Shown here: positions 56,057 through 64,000 of the stretch, in pieces
Numbering within the stretch: position 1 is the first letter of the stretch
Layout of the letters: every line of letters starts with the position of its first letter
Assembly: GCA_958427975.1 (NCBI GenBank)
Contig: CAUAEH010000002.1
Coordinates: forward strand, 16,724-80,723
Origin: an uncultured Collinsella sp.
GTDB taxonomy: Bacteria; Actinomycetota; Coriobacteriia; Coriobacteriales; Coriobacteriaceae
Length of the DNA stretch: 64,000 nucleotides
Reading direction: 5' to 3'
Made by a program: the position numbers and the translations under genes
Notes under the pieces: model-generated
The model's input: the letters and a program-made list of their open reading frames with translations, nothing else
Database searches by the model: none
What the model was told of the DNA's origin: nothing

Positions 56057-57334
56057 ATGTTCTGCTCGCAGTGCGGCGCCCCCATGGGCGATAACGACAA
56101 GTTCTGCGGCGTGTGTGGTGCTCCTAATGCCGGTGCCGCTGGCCCCGCTCCCCAGGGACAGCCTCAGCCCCAGCAGTTTGTTCCGCAACCGCCCGTGGCG
56201 AATGCGCCAAAGGGCTGTGTGGCTCAGGCGTTCCAAGATATGACCAAGACTCCGGGCGTGCTTCAGCGTGTATGCCAAATCGCGTTTTTGCCGGCGCTGA
56301 TTTGCGTTGTGTCGGTGCTCGTGTTGTTTATTCCCGTTATTGGCGGCATTGCGGCTGCCATCGGCTTTTTGGCAGCTTGCATTGCGAGCGTGTGCGGTTC
56401 CGGCTTTGGCATCGAGTGGGCCCGCGATCTGTCGCTTAAGATCGATGACGGCATGGATCGTCCGCTGATGCGTTCCACGTCGTTTGGTCTCGGAGTCTTT
56501 TCGAGCGTTATTTCGGTCGTGCTCGAGGTTATCGCTGCCATTCCCGTTATCGGTGTAGTGCTTTCGCTGGTGGAGGGCGTGGTAATTGGCGCTGCGGGCT
56601 CGTATTCTTATTACGGCTCTTATGCGCTCGAGGCTGCGCTGTTTGGCTCGCTTGGCCTGCTTGTCCTGGCGCTAATTGCCTCGGCGATTCTGGGTGTCTT
56701 CTTTAAGATGTTCGCCGACATCGCCGTGATGCACTTTGCGGTGACCGGGCGTGTCGAGAGCGCGTTTTCGCTCGATAAGGTCTGGGCGGCGTTTAAGCAC
56801 AACAAGACCAAGCTGTTCTGTGCTTCGTTCCTTCCCGAGTTTTTGACGGGCCTGGTCGCCAACGTTGTCACATGGATCTTGACGGTCGTCTTTGGCGCCA
56901 TTGCCTCTGTCGGTATGTATAGCTACTACTATCGTCCTACGGGTATTGAGGCAATTGTTACCGGCGGTGGCGTCACGCTCGCGCTGTTCTTGGGGCTGGT
57001 CGCTTTCGTCACCGTATTTCTTACGGTCTTTGGCAAGATGCTCAAGCACCGTGCCGTTGGCTATTGGGCCGCACGCTATGCAAGCGAGTGGGCCGATGAG
57101 GATAAGGACGACGTCCTGACTTTTGTGTTGCCCTTCGAGAAGAAGTCCACCCCTTCGGGTTACGGTGCTCCGGATGCTTCGCCGGCACCTGCACCCGCTT
57201 CCGCGACCGAGCCTGAGCCGGCGCCCGAGCCTGAGACGGCATCTGAGTCCGAGCCTGCACCTGAGCCTGAGCCGGCACCTGCACCTGAGCCGGCGTCCGA
57301 GCCAAGCTCCGACGAGGAGCCTCAGGACGAGTAG
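56057..57334 (+). CDS. Zinc-ribbon + DUF4013-like membrane protein with Pro/Glu/Ala tail
   Basis: FCSQCG...FCGVCG; TM block; (EPEPAP)n tail. Confidence 0.75.
   Translation: MFCSQCGAPMGDNDKFCGVCGAPNAGAAGPAPQGQPQPQQFVPQPPVANAPKGCVAQAFQDMTKTPGVLQRVCQIAFLPALICVVSVLVLFIPVIGGIAAAIGFLAACIASVCGSGFGIEWARDLSLKIDDGMDRPLMRSTSFGLGVFSSVISVVLEVIAAIPVIGVVLSLVEGVVIGAAGSYSYYGSYALEAALFGSLGLLVLALIASAILGVFFKMFADIAVMHFAVTGRVESAFSLDKVWAAFKHNKTKLFCASFLPEFLTGLVANVVTWILTVVFGAIASVGMYSYYYRPTGIEAIVTGGGVTLALFLGLVAFVTVFLTVFGKMLKHRAVGYWAARYASEWADEDKDDVLTFVLPFEKKSTPSGYGAPDASPAPAPASATEPEPAPEPETASESEPAPEPEPAPAPEPASEPSSDEEPQDE
57177..57303 (+). repeat. Intragenic degenerate 6-bp codon-pair repeats (GAGCCT/GCACCT) encoding EP/AP
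   Basis: CCGGCACCTGCACC and GAGCCTGAGCCGGC recur. Confidence 0.75.
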
Positions 57335-57393
57335 CCACGTCGCCTGCTATTTGGGGACTGGGTAGAAATGGTAGAAATAGCGCTTGAAGAATG

Positions 57394-57429
57394 AGCGGGG
57401 GCGGACGTTTCGATACGTCCGCCCCCGCT
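57394..57429. terminator. Hairpin between convergent genes
   Basis: AGCGGGGGCGGACGT...ACGTCCGCCCCCGCT. Confidence 0.75.
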
Positions 57430-57474
57430 TTGACATCGCGATGTGGCTATGACTGCGAGATGCCAGCGAATCGA

Positions 57475-58938
57475 TTATTCGTCGTGCTTCTCCTCACGGC
57501 GTGCAGCAGCGCGTGCGTCGTGGATGCCCTTGATCGCGGCATGGCGAGCCGTTCGGGCATCATGGATGGCGTCGCGAGCCTCGGCGGTCGTCGCCTTGGC
57601 AGAGCGCAACTTGGCGGCCAGATCGGGGTTGGTTTCGGCGACCGCGGTAATCGCGGGGCCGTCGAGCTCCTCTTGCGTGGGCTCGGCCAAAAAGTCGATA
57701 GCATACTGGGCGGCCACCATGGAGCCCTTTGCCAGCACGGTCTCGTCGATCTTGTAGAAGCAGGAATGCTGGGCGTACGTGGCGCCAATCTTGGGGTTGC
57801 GCGTACCTACAAAGGCGAGCACGCCCGGTACGCGGCGCAGGTACTCCGAAAAATCCTCGCCCGAAAGCGTGCCGCGATAATGACCTTGGCCGGCGGGGCC
57901 CAGACACTTAATAACGGCCTGACGGCAGCGCTCGCTCGAGGCTACATCGTTTTCGACCTTGTAGTTGGCGATGGTGTAGTCGGTGAGCTCTGCCTCGGCG
58001 CCCAGAGCTGCCGCGGTATGCTCCACGATGCGGCGCATGAGCTCCGGCATTTCCTCGTGGGTCGAATCGCCGTAGGTGCGCACCGTGCCGGCGAGGTAGG
58101 CCGTGCCGGCGATAACGTTGCGTGCGGTGCCGCCGTGCAGCTCGCCGACGGTGATGACAGCCGGCTCGTAGGGGCTGATCTCGCGCGAGACGATGGTCTG
58201 CAGGGCGTTGACGATCTCGGCGGCAACCATGACGGCGTCGTGACCGCGCTGGGGCATGGCGCCGTGGCACGAGGTGCCGCGTACGTCGATACGGAACCAG
58301 TCGGTATTGGCCATGCGCGGACCGGGCTCGCAGCTCACGGTGCCGGCGTCGACCTCACTCCAGATGTGCGCGGCGTAGGCGCCATCGACGCCGTCGAGCA
58401 CACCCGTGCCGATCATGAGCTTAGCGCCCTGGCCGTTTTCCTCGCTGGGCTGGAAGACGATGCGGACTTCGCCGTGGATGTCGTCGGTCATATGGCGCAG
58501 GATTTGCAGCGTTCCGAGCATCATGGCGATATGGCAGTCGTGGCCGCAGGCGTGCATGCAGCCCTCGTTGACGCTGGCGAACTCCTCGCCGGTCTGCTCG
58601 GTGACGGGCAGGGCGTCGATGTCGGCGCGCAGCAGGATGCGGCGGCGTGGCGTGCCGTCCTCGCGGTAGGCATCCGACGCGGTACCGCGAAGCGTTGCCA
58701 CCAAGCCGGTCTTGAGCGGACGCTCGTAGGGGATATTCATGGCGTCGAGCTGGTTGGCGATGTCGGAGGTCGTGCGCTCCTCGGCAAGGCTCAGCTCCGG
58801 GTGCTTATGGAAGTGCCGGCGCTGCTTGATGATATATGGTTCAAACTCGGTAGCGATATCTTTGATGGCTGCGGTGACGTCGTCAGCCGCGCGAGCCTCG
58901 GTCGCCGCCATAATCTGCTGTGCCTTGGTCTTCGTCAT
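57475..58938 (-). CDS. M20D amidohydrolase
   Basis: HKHPELS, RADIDALP, MHACGHD, FQPSEE, GEDFS; RBS AAGGAG. Confidence 0.92.
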   Translation of the reverse strand: MTKTKAQQIMAATEARAADDVTAAIKDIATEFEPYIIKQRRHFHKHPELSLAEERTTSDIANQLDAMNIPYERPLKTGLVATLRGTASDAYREDGTPRRRILLRADIDALPVTEQTGEEFASVNEGCMHACGHDCHIAMMLGTLQILRHMTDDIHGEVRIVFQPSEENGQGAKLMIGTGVLDGVDGAYAAHIWSEVDAGTVSCEPGPRMANTDWFRIDVRGTSCHGAMPQRGHDAVMVAAEIVNALQTIVSREISPYEPAVITVGELHGGTARNVIAGTAYLAGTVRTYGDSTHEEMPELMRRIVEHTAAALGAEAELTDYTIANYKVENDVASSERCRQAVIKCLGPAGQGHYRGTLSGEDFSEYLRRVPGVLAFVGTRNPKIGATYAQHSCFYKIDETVLAKGSMVAAQYAIDFLAEPTQEELDGPAITAVAETNPDLAAKLRSAKATTAEARDAIHDARTARHAAIKGIHDARAAARREEKHDE

Positions 58939-59106
58939 GGTCGATTTGCTCCTTGCTGGGTTGATCGCAAAATCGTACAGGCTCTCTCCAGTATGCCACC
59001 TGCCGCTAGGGCTGGTAAAGTTGCCGTTTGCCGCTTGGGGTTTTGTTACAAGGGCGGGGGAGTACACTCGGGGGTGTTGAATTTCCTGCCAGAGATGGGG
59101 ATGCCC

Positions 59107-60744
59107 ATGCAACATATCGATCGGATTATCCGCTCCAAGAACGTCTTTACCGCGCAAGACGGCATCGATACCACCCGCGAGCTGGCGATTGCCATCGCAG
59201 GCGACCGTATCGTCGCAGTCGGTGCGCCCGATGACGTGATCGCCGCCGCTCCCGCCGCTACGTCGGTTATCGACTACGGCGAGCAGTTTGTCTGCCCCGG
59301 TTTCCATGACGCTCATCTGCACTTCTTCCATACCTCGGTCGGTTCCTCGCCGTACATGCTCATGGATATGGGCACGTCCGAGGCGGCGCTGGTGCAACAT
59401 GCGCTCGAGTTTTCCCAGGACCTGCCCGACGACGCTTGGGTTGTGACGCAGGGCTGGCGCGACTACCGTTGGGACCCGCCCGAGCATCCTACCAAGGCGT
59501 CGCTCGATGTGGCATTCCCCGATCGTCCCTGTGTTATGTATTCGGGCGACGGGCACACGCTGTGGCTCAACAGCCGCGCACTCGATGCACTCGGCGTCAC
59601 GCGCGACAGCGAGCCGCCAGCGGGCGGCAGCTACGACAAGGATGCAAACGGCGGGCTCACGGGCATTGCTCACGAGGCAGCTGCTATGCAGCTGCTACCG
59701 CGCTGCCTTGAGTGGCTGGGCGAGGATCGCATCGCAAGCGCTTACGCCGATCAAATGAGGCGTATGGCCGAGCAGGGCATCACCTCGATCTGCGATATGT
59801 CGCTCATGCCCATGCCGGGCTGCGATTTTATCCGCGACGACGTCTACGACAAACTGCAGGCAGCCGGCAAGCTGGGCATCCGAGCCCATTTGTTTCCCAC
59901 GCTGTTGGATGACCAGTCGCGCTTGGAAGAGCTGCAGACCCGCTACGCGAACAACGCGCTGCTCTCGGCGCCAGGCTTTAAACAGTTCTTCGACGGCGTG
60001 TCGAGCGAGCATACGGCGTATCTCACCGAGCCCTATACCAATCCGCGCTTCCCGGGCGATCAAGGTCGCCTGACGGTTCCTGCCGAGCGCATGCGCAAGC
60101 TGGTTCTGGCGGCCGCGGAGCGCGGCCATACCGTGCGCATCCATGTCATCGGCGACGGTGCCATCCATGCCGCGCTTGATATCTTTGAGGAGGCCGCCGA
60201 ACTGTACGGCCTGCCCCAGCACGGCCATAACACGCTCGAGCATCTGGAGAACCTCTTGCCCGAGGACATCGATCGTCTACGCAAGCTTAACGTCGTTGCC
60301 TCGAGCCAGCCCTGTCACATTACACTCGACCCGGGTGGACCGGAGCGCGATCTGGGCCTGGAGCGCAGCCGCATCATGTGGCCGTTTGCGACCTATAAGC
60401 AGCGCGGCATCCGCCAAGCCTTCGGCACCGATAGCCCCATCACAGCCGTTACCAGCATGAACGTGCTCTACACGGCCATCACGCGCCAAGACCCTCGCAG
60501 CCACTGGCCCGAGGGCGGCTGGCTTCCCAGCGAGCGCATCGATGCGGCTACAGCCCTGCGCAACTACACCCTGGGTAGCGCCTATGCGGCAGGCGACGAG
60601 CAAAACCTCGGCAGCTTGGAGCCCGGCAAGTATGCCGACCTGGTAGTCCTGGACCAAAACCCGCTCACCATCGACCCCCAAGAGCTCCAGGCCACCAAGG
60701 TTCAGGCCACCTACCTAGCCGGCAACCTGATCTACGAGCGCTAA
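59107..60744 (+). CDS. Metal-dependent amidohydrolase (YtcJ-like)
   Basis: PGFHDAHLH, IHVIGD, EH, GTDSP, GSLEPGKYADLVVLD. Confidence 0.9.
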   Translation: MQHIDRIIRSKNVFTAQDGIDTTRELAIAIAGDRIVAVGAPDDVIAAAPAATSVIDYGEQFVCPGFHDAHLHFFHTSVGSSPYMLMDMGTSEAALVQHALEFSQDLPDDAWVVTQGWRDYRWDPPEHPTKASLDVAFPDRPCVMYSGDGHTLWLNSRALDALGVTRDSEPPAGGSYDKDANGGLTGIAHEAAAMQLLPRCLEWLGEDRIASAYADQMRRMAEQGITSICDMSLMPMPGCDFIRDDVYDKLQAAGKLGIRAHLFPTLLDDQSRLEELQTRYANNALLSAPGFKQFFDGVSSEHTAYLTEPYTNPRFPGDQGRLTVPAERMRKLVLAAAERGHTVRIHVIGDGAIHAALDIFEEAAELYGLPQHGHNTLEHLENLLPEDIDRLRKLNVVASSQPCHITLDPGGPERDLGLERSRIMWPFATYKQRGIRQAFGTDSPITAVTSMNVLYTAITRQDPRSHWPEGGWLPSERIDAATALRNYTLGSAYAAGDEQNLGSLEPGKYADLVVLDQNPLTIDPQELQATKVQATYLAGNLIYER

Positions 60745-61002
60745 TATTCATGTCGTACCGTTAAACGCGGCTCGTGCAGCCTATTTTGGGATGGCGCTCG
60801 AGCCGCGTTTGTTTGCCGATGGGGGTCCGTTGGGAGCGTCCCCGCTCTGCTGGATTTGGGCGCAGGGTGGAGGCGCTGGTGTCCCGCGCGTTCAATTTGG
60901 ACATCAGCAATGCTGTTTCTTGGTGTTTTGCATACTTCCCATTACAGGATTGCATAAAAAGGCTGGGATGTTCTTCCTGATCCTGATGTACCCCCGCCCG
61001 TG

Positions 61003-61240
61003 CCGTGCAAAAAACGGAGTATTCAGCAACACAAGCCCCGCCGGCGCCGCTGCAGTCAGGTTACGTTGTGGAGATTGACGTCATTTCGGGCTCCGGTGCG
61101 ACGCGAGGCATGCCTTTTTGTCCTGACGGGGCCTGCCTGCCGACCCAAGTCGCCTGTCGAAGGCGTCTTTGGGACCAATAAGGAATGTCCAGTGCGTATG
61201 CAGCCGTCCTGGTCTGCAGAATACTCCCAAAAATGCACGG
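61003..61240. repeat. MITE-like segment with imperfect 26-bp terminal IRs
   Basis: CCGTGCAAAAAACGGAGTATTCAGCA / TGCAGAATACTCCCAAAAATGCACGG (19 of 26 complementary). Confidence 0.5.
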
Positions 61241-61309
61241 TGCTCCCCGGGGGACCCGTGCGCGTGGCGAAAACCATGCCCATGTCGCTATCCGCATCGC
61301 CATTTTGCT

Positions 61310-61525
61310 GCACTGACTTTTCTGAATACCGGGCCCGAGTTAGTTAACCTGGCTCCCGGGGCGGACCGGAGGGCATGAAGTTTGTCGCGAGTTCCGCACG
61401 CAAAGGAAAGCACTTAATGTGCTTTCCGTCTTGCGCAGGACTGTAGAGCAGCAAACTTCATGCCCTCCGGTCCGCCCCGGGAGCCACTGCCAAGTTATCC
61501 CCCGGCATTCAGAAAATCTAAGTGC
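61310..61525. repeat. About 215-bp imperfect palindrome upstream of groES
   Basis: Perfect arm TGGCTCCCGGGGCGGACCGGAGGGCATGAAGTTTG and its complement; core 61350-61486. Confidence 0.9.
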
Positions 61526-61528
61526 CAA
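61502..61528 (+). promoter_or_regulatory. Degenerate CIRCE (HrcA operator)-like site
   Basis: CCGGCATTC-N9-AAGTGCCAA versus TT(A/G)GCACTC-N9-GAGTGC(T/C)AA; upstream of groES. Confidence 0.5.
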
Positions 61529-61552
61529 AAAATAAGATTTTTTGACTCTGTG

Positions 61553-61581
61553 TTGTATAACCCGCCATTCGTGGGTACCAT
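61553..61581 (+). promoter_or_regulatory. Putative housekeeping-sigma promoter of groESL
   Basis: TTGTAT-N17-TACCAT. Confidence 0.5.
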
Positions 61582-61653
61582 TCAACGCGTACGCAAACAA
61601 AAAGGGTTAACCCGCACGGCTCAACCGCGCGGCCCAAAAAGGAGGAAACAAGC

Positions 61654-61947
61654 ATGTCGTCTTTGAAGCCGCTTGCAGATCGCGTCCTGGTCAAGCCCGA
61701 CGAGGCCGAGCAGAAGACCGCTTCTGGTCTGTACATCGCCAGCAACGCTCAGGAGAAGCCGCAGCGCGGCACCATCGTTGCCGTTGGCGCCGGTAAGGTC
61801 AACGACAAGGGCGAGCGCATCCCCATGGACGTTCAGGTCGGCGACGTTGTCATCTACGGTAAGTTCGGTGGCAACGAGGTCAAGGTCGACGGCGAGAAGT
61901 ATCTGCTGATGCGCGCCGACGACATCTATGCTGTCGTCGAGGCCTAG
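61654..61947 (+). CDS. groES: Co-chaperonin GroES
   Basis: LKPLADRVLV, TASGLYI, EKPQRG; RBS AAGGAGG. Confidence 0.97.
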   Translation: MSSLKPLADRVLVKPDEAEQKTASGLYIASNAQEKPQRGTIVAVGAGKVNDKGERIPMDVQVGDVVIYGKFGGNEVKVDGEKYLLMRADDIYAVVEA

Positions 61948-61965
61948 TCTCGTCAGAATCTCTGA

Positions 61966-63681
<1,716 letters not shown>

Positions 63682-63707
63682 GGCCGACAAGGTCTAGAAC
63701 TCCCACC

Positions 63708-63852
63708 GGGAATCCGGGGGCGTGACGGGGGCTTCTCTCCGGAACGTCCTCGGACATGCAAAGAGGCTCCGCATCGCGCTTCGCGCTGCGGAGCCTCTTT
63801 GCGTCCTGCGGAATGTTCCGGAGAGAAGCCCCCGTCACGCCCCCGGATTCCC
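63708..63852. repeat. 145-bp palindrome downstream of groEL
   Basis: GGGAATCCGGGGGCGTGACGGGGGCTTCTCTCCGGAAC...GTTCCGGAGAGAAGCCCCCGTCACGCCCCCGGATTCCC. Confidence 0.9.
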
Positions 63853-64000
63853 TGCGTTTACGGCCTTGAGGTCGGCGGGCGGAGAAGAACGTGGTTGTGA
63901 GGGATACGTGTCCCGGTTGCTGTTTCGCGCTTTGCGCGAAAGGCGCATCACTTTGGGATGGGTGGGAGATGTGGCTGTTGCGGCAACTGATCCCCACCAT

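Noticed and set aside
57391..60744. 1117-aa ORF suggesting a large fusion protein (and the 732-aa ORF on the minus strand)
   Set aside because: Each is a real gene extended by the antisense shadow of its divergent neighbour; likely starts are near 59107 (+) and 58938 (-)

Overview
High-GC gut-actinobacterial chromosomal DNA; gene content and codon style suggest Coriobacteriaceae, most likely Collinsella (inference). About 50 genes, mostly housekeeping or metabolic. They include an OmpR/histidine-kinase pair with a MacB/FtsX-type ABC transporter, pfkA, an Ntn-hydrolase, an M18 aminopeptidase, a SEC-C-fused MetAP, a GGDEF*-REC-HD-GYP protein with an Hpt partner, a glutamate-type ABC importer with a C26 hydrolase, dxs and an internally deleted amtB plus glnK. 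Further on are a TetR-MFS patch, a TetR/giant CoA-activase/3-hydroxyacyl-CoA dehydrogenase cluster, a sortase-anchored CAP-domain protein with a G9 tract, OPT/coaX, lgt, yebC, amaP-DUF2273-asp23, two amidohydrolases and groES-groEL. I see no rRNA, tRNA, CRISPR, integrase, transposase or phage genes. The most striking unexplained signal is intergenic and falls into five groups. (1) At least 12 short hairpins have partly unrelated arms but carry a GGG(A/T)C-N-G tag at the dyad centre. (2) A three-unit array has 17-bp inverted repeats with invariant 25-nt spacing and variable spacers. (3) Three elements are exactly 67 bp long with conserved ends and unrelated interiors. (4) Two elements have different terminal repeats but share a central 26-bp core. 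(5) Several 100-215 bp hairpins, one with an ERIC-like core. All calls come from reading motifs by eye; no searches were run.
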